Made by a program: the position numbers and the translations under genes. This document shows positions 1-10,055 of a stretch of 64,000 nt of DNA, one piece after another. Below the pieces are notes generated by a model. The model was not told the DNA's origin. It did not search any database and saw only the letters and a list, made by a program, of their open reading frames with translations. This stretch comes from an uncultured Gemmatimonas sp. (GTDB taxonomy: Bacteria; Gemmatimonadota; Gemmatimonadetes; Gemmatimonadales; Gemmatimonadaceae): assembly GCA_964484775.1 (NCBI GenBank), contig CAZAGK010000005.1, positions 7,396-71,395 on the forward strand, given 5' to 3'. How positions within the stretch are numbered: the first letter of the stretch is position 1; every line of letters begins with the position of its first letter.

Positions 1-203
1 TTGGCCGCGACGAGGGTGCTCCCGTTGCTCTCCTGGGTGTTGATCTCGATGAGTTCCTTGAAGAGATCGTGGGCGAGGGTGTCCCACTTGGTCAGCACGC
101 GCTTGGTGGCGGGGCCTTGGGCGCCGAGGGGCGTCGTGAGGGGGGACGCCAGGGTGGCGGCGGCGAGGAGCAGGAGGGCGCGGCGGAGGGAACGGGGACG
201 CAT
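1..203 (-). CDS. Exported peptidase, probably M20/M25/M40 family (N-terminal fragment; the gene runs off the left edge)
   Basis: Hand translation of the reverse strand from ATG at 203..201 gives MRPRSLRRALLLLAAATLASPLTTPLGAQGPATKRVLTKWDTLAHDLFKELIEINTQESNGSTLVAA with no stop before position 1. It has a signal-peptide-like N-terminus. The LFKELIEINT..S.G.T motif resembles M20 N-termini as I recall them. It is absent from the ORF track because it has no in-window stop. Confidence 0.45.
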   Translation of the reverse strand, partial: MRPRSLRRALLLLAAATLASPLTTPLGAQGPATKRVLTKWDTLAHDLFKELIEINTQESNGSTLVAA

Positions 204-331
204 CGGGGCGAACCTCGCGGGGCGGGGAGCGGGGACTGCGAGCAGGAACGGGGGGCGGAGGCCAGCGGGAGAGGCGCGTGGCGCGTATCTTTGCCGACCT
301 ACCTTGCGTGAAACCTAAGAGCCACGAGCCG

Positions 332-2800
332 ATGCTTCAAACGCCTGAGATGGACGCGAATCCGAACACCGGACGATCCCTTCCCCTGCTCCTCCTGCTG
401 TTCGTGGGGAGCGGGTGCGCCGCCCTGATCTACGAGATCGTCTGGTTCCAGCTGCTCCAGCTGGTGATCGGCTCCTCGGCGATCTCGCTGGGGGTGCTCC
501 TCGGGACCTTCATGGGCGGGATGTGCCTGGGCAGTCTGCTCCTCCCGAAGTACGTGTCGCGTGCCGATCATCCGCTGCGGGTCTACGCCAAGCTGGAGCT
601 CGGGATCGGCGTGATGGGGGTGCTCGTGCTGGTGCTCGTGCCGCTGATCGGGCGGGTGTACATCGGCGCGTCCACCGGGGGCTTCGTGGAGGTGCTCCTG
701 CGGGCCACGGTGGCGGCGATCTGCCTGCTCCCCCCGACCCTGCTGATGGGGGCGACCCTTCCGGCGATCGCGCGTTGGGTCGAGAGCACGCCGAAGGGGG
801 TGTCTTGGCTCGGCTTCTTCTACGGCAGCAACATCGCGGGCGCCGTCTTCGGCTGCCTGCTGGCAGGGTTCTACCTCCTGCGCACGACGGACATGCGGGT
901 GACGACCTTCGTCGCGGTGGCGATCAACGTCGCCGTGGCGCTGGCGGCGCTGGCTCTGGCGGGGCGTTCGAGCTACGCCGCCACCGCCGAGAGTGCCGAG
1001 AGTCCGGCCGCGGCGACTCCGATGGATCGCGCGGTGCTCGTGACGATCGCGCTCTCGGGGATGTGCGCGCTGGGCGCCGAAGTGGTGTGGACGCGTCTGC
1101 TCTCGCTGATGCTCGGCGCCACGGTGTACACCTTCTCGATCATCCTGGCGGTCGTGCTGCTGGGGCTCGGGATCGGCAGCAGCATCGGATCGGCCATGTC
1201 GCGGGGGACGATGCGCCCCAAGGTGGCACTGGGCGTGGCGCAGCTCATGGTCGCCTTCGCGGTGACGTGGACGGCGCTCAACATCTCCGACTCGCTCCCG
1301 TTCTGGCCAGTGAATCCGTCGCTGCTGACGAACCCGTGGATCTTCTTCCAGTTCGACATCGCGCGCTGCGTGTGGGCGTTGCTGCCGGCGACCATCCTGT
1401 GGGGTGCGAGCTTCCCGCTGGCGCTCGCCGCGTCGGCGCGGAAGGGGAGCGACTCGGGAGCGTTGGTGGGGAAGGTCTACGCCGCGAACACGGTGGGGGC
1501 GATCCTCGGCGCGTTGCTGTTCAGCATCGTGCTGATCCCCTGGAAGGGGACGCAGGTCGCGCAGCAGGTGATCATCGTGCTCGCCGTGGTGTCGGCACTG
1601 GTCGTGCTCGTCCCCGCCCTGCTCGGCGATGCCGCGCCGGCGACCGGGGCGAAGGGCTCGGTGACGCCGCGCCGCTCGTCGCCGCTCGGCGCGATGGGAC
1701 TCGGGGCCGGACTGCTGCTCGCGCTCTGGTGCGTGAAGAGCGTGCACAAGGTACCGGATGGCCTCGTGGGCTACGGCCGATATCTCCCGACCTACTCCGT
1801 GCTCCCGAACTTCCTGTACGTGGGCGAGGGGATCAACAGCACCGTCGCGGTGTCGGAGCTCGCCAACGGGGATCGCAACTTCCACGTGGCGGGGAAGATC
1901 GAGGCCTCGACCGAGCCGCAGGACATGCGCCTGCAGCGCATGCTCGGGCATCTTTCCGCGCTCGCGACGCCGAAGCCCAAATCGGTGCTCATCGTCGGAT
2001 TCGGTGCGGGCGTGACGGCGGGGTCGTTCGTGACCTACCCCGAGATCGACCGGATCGTGATCTGCGAGCTCGAGCCGTTGATCCCGACGAACGTGGGGCC
2101 GTACTTCGAGAAGCAGAACTACAACGTGGCCAACGATCCGCGCACGCATATCGTGTACGACGATGCGCGGCACTTCGTGCTCACCACCAAGGAGAAGTTC
2201 GACGTGATCACGTCGGACCCGATCCATCCGTGGGTGAAGGGCGCGGCGACGCTGTACACGAAGGAGTACTTCGAGATGGTCAAGCGCCATCTGAAGCCGG
2301 GCGGAGTGGTCTCGCAGTGGGTGCCGATGTACGAGAGCCACGCCGAGGCGGTCCAGAGCCAGATCGCGACCTTCCTGGATGTGTTCCCGAACGGCACGGT
2401 GTGGGGGAACACGCAGAACGGCCGCGGCTACGATCTGGTGCTGATCGGCACGGTGGAGCCGACGGTCATCGACATCGACTCGATGAACGTGCGCATCGGG
2501 AATCCGGCGCACGCGCGGGCCATCGAGTCGCTCCGAGAGGTCGGGTTCGCCTCCTCGCTGGACCTGTTCGGGACCTTCGCCGCGCAGGGCTCGGATCTCA
2601 AGGAGTGGCTGAAGAACGCCCAGATCAATCGCGACGTGGATCTGCGCCTGCAGTACATCGCCGGCCTCGGCAACAACTCCTACGAGAACGGGGCGATCTA
2701 CGACGGGATCCTGCGGGCTCGGAAGTACCCGGAGAAGCTCTTCGTGGCCAAGGAAGACTGGAAGAACGCCCTGGCGACCGTGCTGGGCGTCGTACGCTGA
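332..2800 (+). CDS. Polytopic membrane protein fused to a spermidine synthase-like (polyamine aminopropyltransferase fold) domain, paralog 1
   Basis: ORF 278..2800. About 480 aa of hydrophobic helices (LLLLFVGSGCAALIYEIVWFQLLQLVIGSS...) are followed by VLIVGFGAGVTAGS (G-x-G-x-G) and DVITSDPIHPWVKGAATLYTKEYF. ATG 332 is preferred over GTG 278 by alignment with the paralog at 35768. ATG 350 is also possible. Confidence 0.8.
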   Translation: MLQTPEMDANPNTGRSLPLLLLLFVGSGCAALIYEIVWFQLLQLVIGSSAISLGVLLGTFMGGMCLGSLLLPKYVSRADHPLRVYAKLELGIGVMGVLVLVLVPLIGRVYIGASTGGFVEVLLRATVAAICLLPPTLLMGATLPAIARWVESTPKGVSWLGFFYGSNIAGAVFGCLLAGFYLLRTTDMRVTTFVAVAINVAVALAALALAGRSSYAATAESAESPAAATPMDRAVLVTIALSGMCALGAEVVWTRLLSLMLGATVYTFSIILAVVLLGLGIGSSIGSAMSRGTMRPKVALGVAQLMVAFAVTWTALNISDSLPFWPVNPSLLTNPWIFFQFDIARCVWALLPATILWGASFPLALAASARKGSDSGALVGKVYAANTVGAILGALLFSIVLIPWKGTQVAQQVIIVLAVVSALVVLVPALLGDAAPATGAKGSVTPRRSSPLGAMGLGAGLLLALWCVKSVHKVPDGLVGYGRYLPTYSVLPNFLYVGEGINSTVAVSELANGDRNFHVAGKIEASTEPQDMRLQRMLGHLSALATPKPKSVLIVGFGAGVTAGSFVTYPEIDRIVICELEPLIPTNVGPYFEKQNYNVANDPRTHIVYDDARHFVLTTKEKFDVITSDPIHPWVKGAATLYTKEYFEMVKRHLKPGGVVSQWVPMYESHAEAVQSQIATFLDVFPNGTVWGNTQNGRGYDLVLIGTVEPTVIDIDSMNVRIGNPAHARAIESLREVGFASSLDLFGTFAAQGSDLKEWLKNAQINRDVDLRLQYIAGLGNNSYENGAIYDGILRARKYPEKLFVAKEDWKNALATVLGVVR

Positions 2801-2812
2801 GCAGCAACCATC

Positions 2813-2857
2813 GGCGGGGGAGGGGTGACTGACCCAGGGTCAGCTCCCTCCCCCGCC
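2813..2857 (+). terminator. Putative intrinsic terminator hairpin after speE-like paralog 1
   Basis: GGCGGGGGAGGG (2813-2824) pairs perfectly with CCCTCCCCCGCC (2846-2857). There is an inner CTGAC/GTCAG stem. It is followed by CTTTCGTT. Confidence 0.5.
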
Positions 2858-2873
2858 CTTTCGTTCCCCGGCC

Positions 2874-4628
2874 ATGACGATCCTTCGCAGCATCGCATTG
2901 CTCCCGCTCGTCGCCTCGGCGACGGGCGCCCTCCCGCAAGCGCGTCCGGCCACGGCCGCCAAGGCCCGGACCGCCGACAGCACGATCGTGCGGCAGGCCG
3001 ACGAGTACTTCACGCGGCTGGCCGCGCTGGGACACAATGGCGGCGTGCTGATCATCCGCGACGGGCGCGTCCTGTTCCAGCGCAGCTATGGCTTCGCCGA
3101 CCGTGACAAGGGGATCCGCGCGGACAGCGCCACGGTCTACAACATCGGCTCGATCACCAAACAGTTCACGGCGGCCGCGATCCTCCGGCTGGAGGAACTG
3201 GGCAAACTGCGCACCACCGACTCGATCGGGAAGTTCCTCGCCAACGTCCCGGCGGACAAGCGCGGGATCACCCTGCACCATCTGCTGACGCACACGGCGG
3301 GGCTCGAGTCGGATTTCTCGCCCACCGATTACGAACCCACGACACGCGACGAGTATGTGCGGCGTGCGTTGACCTCGACGCTGCGCTCGGCGCCGGGGGC
3401 GACGCACTTCTACGCCAACAGCGGCTATTCACTGCTCGCGGCGGTGGTAGAGATCGTGACCGGCAAGGAGTACGAGCAGGCGCTGACGGAACTCGTGCTC
3501 CGCCCCGCGGGGATGCTCGAGACCGGCTACAAGGCGCCGCACTGGGCCTCGGCGCGGGTGGCCCACGGCTATCAGAACGGGAACGACTGGGGGACGATCG
3601 TCGATCGGATCGCGCCCGAGGGAGCGCCGTACTGGGAACTCCGCGGGAACGGCGGGCTCGCGACGACGCTCGACGACTTCGCCCGCTGGGAGCGCGCATT
3701 GACGAGTCGAGCGGTGCTCACCGACTCGAGCCGTCGCAAGTTCATGACCGGCTACGTGAACGAGGGACCGATGGGTCGTTCGCAGTACGCCTACGGCTGG
3801 GCGGTCACGAAGTCGGCGCGCGGCACCAACCTCGTGATGCACAACGGCGGGAATGGGATCTATGTGGCGGAGTTCAACCGCTTCGTCGACGAAGGAGTGA
3901 CGCTGTTCGTGACCTCGACGAACTCACAGCTGCCGGCGACGCCGATGATCGCCGCGTTGGAGCACATCGTGTTCGGCGAAGCGTACGCGCTCCCACCAGC
4001 GCGCGCGGCCGTCGCCCGGACCGCACTCGAGGCGGCGGCCGGACGGTATCGCGTCGGCGGTGGCGCGACGCTCGTCCTGCGGGCGACGGAGAACGGTCTG
4101 ACCGCCGAGGCGATCGGACAGGCCGCCTTCAGCCTGCTCGGCAGCGGCGACAGTTCCTCCGCTCCCGGCGCGGCCGCCCTCTCGGCCCGGACGGACACGA
4201 TCATCCGCGCCGTCATCGCCGGGAACGTCGGACCGCTCATGGCGGCCAACGGCGATGGCGCGGATTCCGCGACGGTGCGCCGTCAGGAGCAGGGGATGAT
4301 GGCGCAGCGCATCCAGCGCTTCGGCGAGTTCCGCTCGGTGGAGGTGCTCGGCACCGTCCCCGTCGCCGACGGCTTCCTGCGCACCACGGTGCGTCTGAAT
4401 TTCGCGCGGGGTGGGGCGACGAATCTCTATACGTGGGATCGGGCCGGACAGATCGTGGACATCGAAGCGCGCCCCTTCGCGCCGACGCCGCTGATCGCGA
4501 CGTCAGCGACGGAGTTCCAGACCTTCGACCTCCGTGCGCGCGCCATGATGCGCCTGCGGCGTGACGGCGATGATCTCATCGCCCTCACGCCGCGAGGTGA
4601 ACTCCGGCTGCCGCGCGTGCGCGAGTGA
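2874..4628 (+). CDS. Beta-lactamase-family serine hydrolase (class C / PBP4*-like), exported
   Basis: ATG at 2874. Signal-like N-terminus MTILRSIALLPLVASATG. S-x-x-K motif SITK (GSITKQFTAAAIL), Y-x-N motif YANSGY, HNGGNG near the third box. It carries an extra C-terminal domain of about 200 aa. Confidence 0.85.
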   Translation: MTILRSIALLPLVASATGALPQARPATAAKARTADSTIVRQADEYFTRLAALGHNGGVLIIRDGRVLFQRSYGFADRDKGIRADSATVYNIGSITKQFTAAAILRLEELGKLRTTDSIGKFLANVPADKRGITLHHLLTHTAGLESDFSPTDYEPTTRDEYVRRALTSTLRSAPGATHFYANSGYSLLAAVVEIVTGKEYEQALTELVLRPAGMLETGYKAPHWASARVAHGYQNGNDWGTIVDRIAPEGAPYWELRGNGGLATTLDDFARWERALTSRAVLTDSSRRKFMTGYVNEGPMGRSQYAYGWAVTKSARGTNLVMHNGGNGIYVAEFNRFVDEGVTLFVTSTNSQLPATPMIAALEHIVFGEAYALPPARAAVARTALEAAAGRYRVGGGATLVLRATENGLTAEAIGQAAFSLLGSGDSSSAPGAAALSARTDTIIRAVIAGNVGPLMAANGDGADSATVRRQEQGMMAQRIQRFGEFRSVEVLGTVPVADGFLRTTVRLNFARGGATNLYTWDRAGQIVDIEARPFAPTPLIATSATEFQTFDLRARAMMRLRRDGDDLIALTPRGELRLPRVRE

Positions 4629-4646
4629 GTCGTCGCGCGCAGCGTA

Positions 4647-7553
4647 CTATCTGATCGGTCCGCCCTTCTTGGTGGCCGGCACGCCGTTGGTCATCCAGAG
4701 CGGAGCCGGAGCATCCATGAGGTAGTGGTCGAAGTACTGCTTCATGCGGATCTGGAAGTCCTTCTGGTTCTCCTTCTTGGCCAGATGGTGCGGCTCGCCG
4801 GGGTACGAGAGGAAGATCACTTCCTTCCCCCACCGCTGCGCGGCGTTGAACCACTCCATCCCTTGGAGCCAGTCCACCGCGCCATCGTCGGTGCCCTGCA
4901 GGATCAGGAACGGCGTCTTGATGTTCCGCACGTTGTGCACCGGGCTCTGGCTCTCGTAGAGTTCGTGCGCGGTCCACGGGGTGACCCCCTCGCCCATGCG
5001 CACCTGTCCGATCTCCATGATGCCGTGGTGCGCCGTCCCGGTCTGCTTGTAGAGCTGGTCGTACATGCTCACCAGGTTCGCGGGCGGCGCACCGGTGACG
5101 GTCGCCGCGAACATGTTGGTCTGCGTGAGGATATAGCTGGTCTCGTAGCCGCCCCAACTGTGCCCCTGCATGCCGATGTGCTTGGGATCGGCGTAGCCCA
5201 ACTCGATCACCTTCTTGACCGCGCTCGTCACGCAGTCGAGGGCCGAGGAACCCGGCTTCCCGATCTCGTAGACGATGTCGGGCTGGACGATGAGATAGCC
5301 GTTGCTCGCGTAGGTGGAGAAGTGCGGACGATCGTCGTACACCGGCTGCGAGAAGGTGTGGTGCGTGTTGGACTGGATCTCGTAGAAGTAGACGATGGTC
5401 GGATAGCGTTTCCCGGGGACGTAGCCCGCGGGAAGGGTGACCGTCGCCTGCATCTTGCGCCCCTTCGAGTTCACGTAGTCCACGAGGATGCGACGTCCCC
5501 ACGCGTACTCGGCGATCTGCGGGTTGGCGTCGGAGACCTTGGTCGGCTCGGCGAAATCGCTCTTGCTCGTCCAGAGGTCGGGGAACTCGGTGAAGCTCTG
5601 CTGCGTGAAGACCACGCGATCCGCGCCCTCGGCCTTCTGTACGCCGCCGATCGACTTGTCGGCCCAGATGAGGGGCTTGGGCGCCTGTCCCGCGGAGACG
5701 GTCCAGTAGCCCGACTTCTTGGTGAGATCGCCGTACGCGGAGAGGGTGAGCGGCTTGGAGAGGTCCACGCCCTCGTCGTCCCCGCCAGCGGCGCCGCCGC
5801 CACGACCACCGCGTCCGCCGCGCCCACCACCGGCGCCGAAGCGGACGACGCGGAACTGGATGTTCTGCGCCTTGCCGATGCCATTGGTGAGGTTGACGGC
5901 CGAACCGCCGGTGAGCGGGATCTGCCAGATGTCGAACTTGTCGTAGAGGAGCACGGCGTTGCCCCCCTTCACCCAACCACCCACGCCCCAGATCGGCTTC
6001 TCGTACGGATGGTCGTCGTCGCTGTCGATGAAGCTGCGTCCGCCGGCGATCGCGTCGATGTCCACGGCCTTCGCGTTCTCGAGATCGAAGGCCTTCACGT
6101 GCTTGTCCTTCACATACAGGAACCAGCGACTGTCGGGGGAGGTGCCGTAGGTGCGGGTGAGTGCCTTGTCGATGACCGTGCGTTCACCGGTGGCGACATT
6201 CACGCGGATCAGGTCGGCCTTGGTGCCGCCCCACTGCACTTCCCCCTTGTAGGGGGCGTCGAGCTGACCCACCGCCCACTTGCCGTTCGCCGTATTGGTC
6301 ACGGAGCGCATGGCCGGATCCCCGAGCCGCACGAACCCCTTGGTCGCGACGGTGATCACCGACGGATAGGTCGCGCGCCGCTCCTGCGCGAGTCGGACGA
6401 GCTGTACCGTCTGCAGTTCGGCGTCCTTGTAATGGAACACGTCGACATTGGCCTTGTTGGAGTCGGCCGCGCTGACCTCCGGCTCCTGCTCCTTGATCCC
6501 GACGAAGAGGCGCGCGCGATCCTTGCTCCAACGCGGTGCGGTGTACTCACTCACGACGAAGCCGGAGGGGAATCCGGCCGCTCGAGCGGGATCGTACTCG
6601 AGCGCGGCGGCGTTGCGATCGGCCACGTCGCTCCACGCGAGCAGAACGTTGTCGCGCTGCTTCATCTCCGTGTTCTTGTTGCCGCGAAGCACGGCGAGCG
6701 CGTTCCCTTCGTCGCTCCAGGCGAGCTGATCGAAGTCGGCGGCAGCGCTCGCCAGCGCGCGCGTCTCGCCGGAGCTCGGGTTCAGCAGGTACACCCCGTT
6801 GCCGTTCTTGTCGGCGGCGTCGACGGTGTAGGCCATGAGCTGGCCGGCATCGTCGAAGTCGAACTGCCCCACATTGCCGATGTTGCGGGAGAGGCCCGTG
6901 GCAAGTTCGCGCAACACGAGATCGGTGCCATTGTGCTTGGCGTCGGCCTGCGCCTTGTTCATCTTGACCGCGAGCCACTTGGAACCCTTCACGAAGCGGA
7001 AGCTCTGCGCATTCGCGATGGGCGTCTTCTCGCCGGTGGCAAGATTCAGCAGTTCGAAGCGACGCGTCGCCGCCGCGGCGCCCTGTGCGCCGGCCGCAGG
7101 AGGCGCTCCGCGGCCACCACCCGGCGCCGGCGCCGGTGCACCGCCGCCACGTCCACCGCGACCGCCACCGGCGGCTCCGCCGGCGCGCTCGGGGGGATTC
7201 ACGAAGTATCCGATCCATCGCGAGTCGTCGGAGAACTGCGCCCCGCCGCCGCCACCGCCACCTCCGGCGGCCGGCGCCGAGCCCACGTTGATCGTGTAGA
7301 CCGTCTTGCTGTCGAGCCCCTTCACGAAGAGGGTGCCATCCCCGTCGTTCGGCTGGTGCCCGTAGGTGATCCACTTGCCGTCGTTGGAGAGCGCGGTCCC
7401 GCCGATCCGGTTCCAGCGCCCGTACTCGGCGAGGGTGAGGGGGCGTCCCTTCTGCGCACTGGTCGCCGCCGCGGGGTCCTGCGCACCGGAGCGCGACGCG
7501 GCGAAGGAGAGGAGCACTGCCGCAGCTGCCAACCGCAATCTGAACGTGGCCAT
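4647..7553 (-). CDS. S9 family (prolyl oligopeptidase / acylaminoacyl-peptidase-like) serine peptidase, exported
   Basis: ORF 4647..7712 trimmed to ATG 7553 (MATFRLRLAAAAVLLSFAASRSGAQ). Catalytic contexts are GHSWGGY (Ser), GTDDGAVDW (Asp) and GEPHHL (His). An N-terminal beta-propeller region is interrupted by Gly/Arg-rich inserts. Confidence 0.85.
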   Translation of the reverse strand: MATFRLRLAAAAVLLSFAASRSGAQDPAAATSAQKGRPLTLAEYGRWNRIGGTALSNDGKWITYGHQPNDGDGTLFVKGLDSKTVYTINVGSAPAAGGGGGGGGAQFSDDSRWIGYFVNPPERAGGAAGGGRGGRGGGAPAPAPGGGRGAPPAAGAQGAAAATRRFELLNLATGEKTPIANAQSFRFVKGSKWLAVKMNKAQADAKHNGTDLVLRELATGLSRNIGNVGQFDFDDAGQLMAYTVDAADKNGNGVYLLNPSSGETRALASAAADFDQLAWSDEGNALAVLRGNKNTEMKQRDNVLLAWSDVADRNAAALEYDPARAAGFPSGFVVSEYTAPRWSKDRARLFVGIKEQEPEVSAADSNKANVDVFHYKDAELQTVQLVRLAQERRATYPSVITVATKGFVRLGDPAMRSVTNTANGKWAVGQLDAPYKGEVQWGGTKADLIRVNVATGERTVIDKALTRTYGTSPDSRWFLYVKDKHVKAFDLENAKAVDIDAIAGGRSFIDSDDDHPYEKPIWGVGGWVKGGNAVLLYDKFDIWQIPLTGGSAVNLTNGIGKAQNIQFRVVRFGAGGGRGGRGGRGGGAAGGDDEGVDLSKPLTLSAYGDLTKKSGYWTVSAGQAPKPLIWADKSIGGVQKAEGADRVVFTQQSFTEFPDLWTSKSDFAEPTKVSDANPQIAEYAWGRRILVDYVNSKGRKMQATVTLPAGYVPGKRYPTIVYFYEIQSNTHHTFSQPVYDDRPHFSTYASNGYLIVQPDIVYEIGKPGSSALDCVTSAVKKVIELGYADPKHIGMQGHSWGGYETSYILTQTNMFAATVTGAPPANLVSMYDQLYKQTGTAHHGIMEIGQVRMGEGVTPWTAHELYESQSPVHNVRNIKTPFLILQGTDDGAVDWLQGMEWFNAAQRWGKEVIFLSYPGEPHHLAKKENQKDFQIRMKQYFDHYLMDAPAPLWMTNGVPATKKGGPIR

Positions 7554-7584
7554 CGGAGCTTCCCTGTGCGAGAGTGGGGGTGGA

Positions 7585-8265
7585 CTACTTCGCGACGATC
7601 GTTGCCTGCTTGATGAAATCCAACTTCGGCCAGTTGGCGGCGAGCCAGGCGTTGCCCCCGGCCTCGAGCGGTCCCTGCTTGCCGGCGCGCATCCCGCCGC
7701 CGGAGTTCTCATCGTAGTCCGCGTAGATCCGGTCCACGACGTCCATGCCGCGGATCACTCGTCCGAACGGGGCGAACCCCTCGGCGTCGAGTCTCGTGTT
7801 CTCACCCGTCGAGATGAAGATCTGCGTGGAGCGGGTCCCCGCGGTGGTGAAGGCGTAGGCGATGGTCCCGCGCACATTGCTCTGCATGCGCGGTTCGTCG
7901 GGGAGTACCGCGTCCTTCCACGCGGCGATGACCGCCGGATCGCCGTGCAGGCCCCACTGGACGATGAACCCCTTCCGCACGCGGAAGAAGCGCTGCTGGT
8001 CGTAGTATCCGGAGCGCACGAAGTTGTAGAAGCGATCCGCGCCGCGCGGCGCCCACGCGCGCGTGACGTCGATCTCGAAGGTGCCGGCGCTGGTCACGAA
8101 GCGGGCGCGGAACCGGTCGGGCGCCTTCCGCGACATCTCGAGGGTCCCCGGCGTCGCATAGGCCGCGCGCTGGGCATACGCGCAACGCGGGGCGACACTC
8201 AGGCCGCCCCACGCGATCGCACCGGCCGCGATGCCCGCGGCGAGCGTGCGCCCGATCAGAACCAC
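7585..8265 (-). CDS. Cyclophilin-type peptidyl-prolyl cis-trans isomerase, exported
   Basis: FYNFVRSGYYDQQRFFRVRKGFIVQWG and the GTIAYAF...STQIFI pattern are typical of cyclophilins. GTG at 8265 gives the hydrophobic leader VVLIGRTLAAGIAAGAIAWG...AYAQ. It overlaps the upstream stop by 10 nt. The start is uncertain. Confidence 0.75.
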   Translation of the reverse strand: MVLIGRTLAAGIAAGAIAWGGLSVAPRCAYAQRAAYATPGTLEMSRKAPDRFRARFVTSAGTFEIDVTRAWAPRGADRFYNFVRSGYYDQQRFFRVRKGFIVQWGLHGDPAVIAAWKDAVLPDEPRMQSNVRGTIAYAFTTAGTRSTQIFISTGENTRLDAEGFAPFGRVIRGMDVVDRIYADYDENSGGGMRAGKQGPLEAGGNAWLAANWPKLDFIKQATIVAK

Positions 8266-10055
8266 TCGTCCTGCATGTCGAGCGGGATGGTGTCGAGCCG
8301 CTGCAGCAGCGCCGCATCGGACTCGGTCTTCGGCAACTCCCACAGCATCTGGTAGCGCGCCGCGTGCAGCTTCCCGCGATAGAACGCGTCCTCGCGCTTC
8401 CCCGCGTCGGTCGCCAAGGCACGGTCGGCGAGCGTCGCCTGACGGAGCCAGAGCCAGCCGAACACGGTGCGGCTGACGAGATCCAGATAGGCGTTGGCAT
8501 TCGCGAGCGCGCGCGCCGGTTCGGCCGGCATGGCCGCGACGAGCACGCGCGTCGTGGCCACCATCCGCTCCACGCCCTTGGCGAGTTCCGCGGCGAGGTC
8601 GGCCACCCCGGTGCCCTGCGCGTCGGCGATCGCCTTCTGCATCTCCTCGACCAGCGCCTTGAAGGCTGCGCCCTTGTCCTGGGTGACCTTTCGCCCCAGC
8701 AGGTCGAGCGACTGGATACCGTTGGTCCCTTCGTGGATCTGATTCAGACGATTGTCACGATACAGCTGTTCGACGGGGTACTCGCGGGCATAGCCATAGC
8801 CGCCCATCACCTGCACGGCGTTGGAGATGGCCTCCTGCCCGATGATCGAGGGCCAGGTCTTGGCGATCGGGGTGAGCACCTCGAGCAGCAGCGTCGCGCG
8901 ACGACGGGCGGCCTCGTCGGGCGCGGTCTCCTGCTCGTCGACGAGTCGCGAGCAGGTGAGGATCAGCGCCATCGAGCCTTCGACGGCGGCCTTCCCGTGG
9001 AGCAGCATGCGACGGATGTCGGCGTGTTCGATGATCGCGACCGGCGGCTTGGAGGGATCCTTCTCCCCCGGGATCCGCCCCTGCCGACGGGTCCGCGCGT
9101 ACTCGACGCCATGCAGGTACGCCGCGTAGCTCATCGCGGCCGCCGCACGACCGACACCGATGCGCGCCTCGTTCATCATGTGGAACATGTAGGCGAGTCC
9201 CTTGTGCGGCTCGCCCACCAGATAGCCCACGCACGGCCCGTGCTCACCGAAGTTGAGCAGCGTACTCGTCGTGCCGCGCCATCCCATCTTGTGGATCAGC
9301 CCGGCCAGCGTGACGTTGTTGCGCTCACCGGCGGTGCCGTCGGCGTTCAACCGCTTCTTGGGGACGATGAAGAGCGAGATCCCCTTCACACCCTCCGGCG
9401 CACCCGCGATCCGCGCGAGCACGAGATGCACGATGTTCTCGCTCAGTTCGTGGTCACCGCCCGAGATCCAGATCTTCGTGCCGGTGATGTGGTACGTGCC
9501 GTCGGGCTGCGGCGCGGCCGCGGTCCGCAGGTCGGCGAGCGACGAACCCGCGTCGGGCTCGGTCAACGCCATCGTGCCGGTGAACCGGCCGGCGAACATC
9601 GGCGGCAGCCAGGTGTCCTTCTGCTCCTCTGAGCCGAACGCCGCGATCAGGTTGGCCGCACCGGCGGTGAGCATCGGATACGATGCCGTCCCGATGTTGG
9701 CCGCTTCCATGTAGCCGATGCTCGCTGACGCGATCACATGGGGGAGCTGCATCCCGCCGCGACCGCCGTCCTGCGTGCCACCGATGAAACCGGCGTCAGC
9801 GACGGCCTGCAGTGTGGTCTTCACTTCGGGGACGATCACCACCACGCCATTCTCGACCCGCGGTTCTTCCTGATCGTTGCGGGTGCGATGCGGGGCGAAG
9901 TGCTCCTCGGCGATCTGACGCGCCGTCTGGAGCACCGCGTCGAAGGCTTCGCGGCTGTAATCGGAGAAGCGCTCGCGCGCGACGAGCGCGTCGGTCTCGA
10001 GCAACTCGTACAACAGGAAGGCGATATCGCGATCGTTGAACAGGGTCGTGGGCAT
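8256..10055 (-). CDS. Long acyl-CoA dehydrogenase (about 600 aa, FadE/AcdA-like with C-terminal extension)
   Basis: ORF 8256..10358 trimmed to ATG 10055 (MPTTLFNDRDIAFLLYELLE). Motifs include TEPDAGSSL, KIWISGGDH, YRDNRLNQIHEGTNGIQ. The ATG overlaps the TGA of the upstream hydrolase by 1 nt (ATGA). Confidence 0.85.
   Translation of the reverse strand: MPTTLFNDRDIAFLLYELLETDALVARERFSDYSREAFDAVLQTARQIAEEHFAPHRTRNDQEEPRVENGVVVIVPEVKTTLQAVADAGFIGGTQDGGRGGMQLPHVIASASIGYMEAANIGTASYPMLTAGAANLIAAFGSEEQKDTWLPPMFAGRFTGTMALTEPDAGSSLADLRTAAAPQPDGTYHITGTKIWISGGDHELSENIVHLVLARIAGAPEGVKGISLFIVPKKRLNADGTAGERNNVTLAGLIHKMGWRGTTSTLLNFGEHGPCVGYLVGEPHKGLAYMFHMMNEARIGVGRAAAAMSYAAYLHGVEYARTRRQGRIPGEKDPSKPPVAIIEHADIRRMLLHGKAAVEGSMALILTCSRLVDEQETAPDEAARRRATLLLEVLTPIAKTWPSIIGQEAISNAVQVMGGYGYAREYPVEQLYRDNRLNQIHEGTNGIQSLDLLGRKVTQDKGAAFKALVEEMQKAIADAQGTGVADLAAELAKGVERMVATTRVLVAAMPAEPARALANANAYLDLVSRTVFGWLWLRQATLADRALATDAGKREDAFYRGKLHAARYQMLWELPKTESDAALLQRLDTIPLDMQDEWF

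Noticed and set aside
299-2832. Long overlapping ORFs (299..2512 minus, 737 aa; 415..2832 plus, 805 aa) across the speE-like gene. Similar shadow ORFs lie at 4725..7613, 11139..14465, 24473..26050, 26094..27696, 27923..30640, 35729..37018, 39029..41560, 46372..49125 and 57526..59928.
   Set aside because: Their translations are Arg/Ala/Gly/Pro-rich with no recognisable motifs. They lie antisense to, or out of frame with, ORFs that carry clear family signatures. This is the usual high-GC artefact of stop-codon depletion in non-coding frames.
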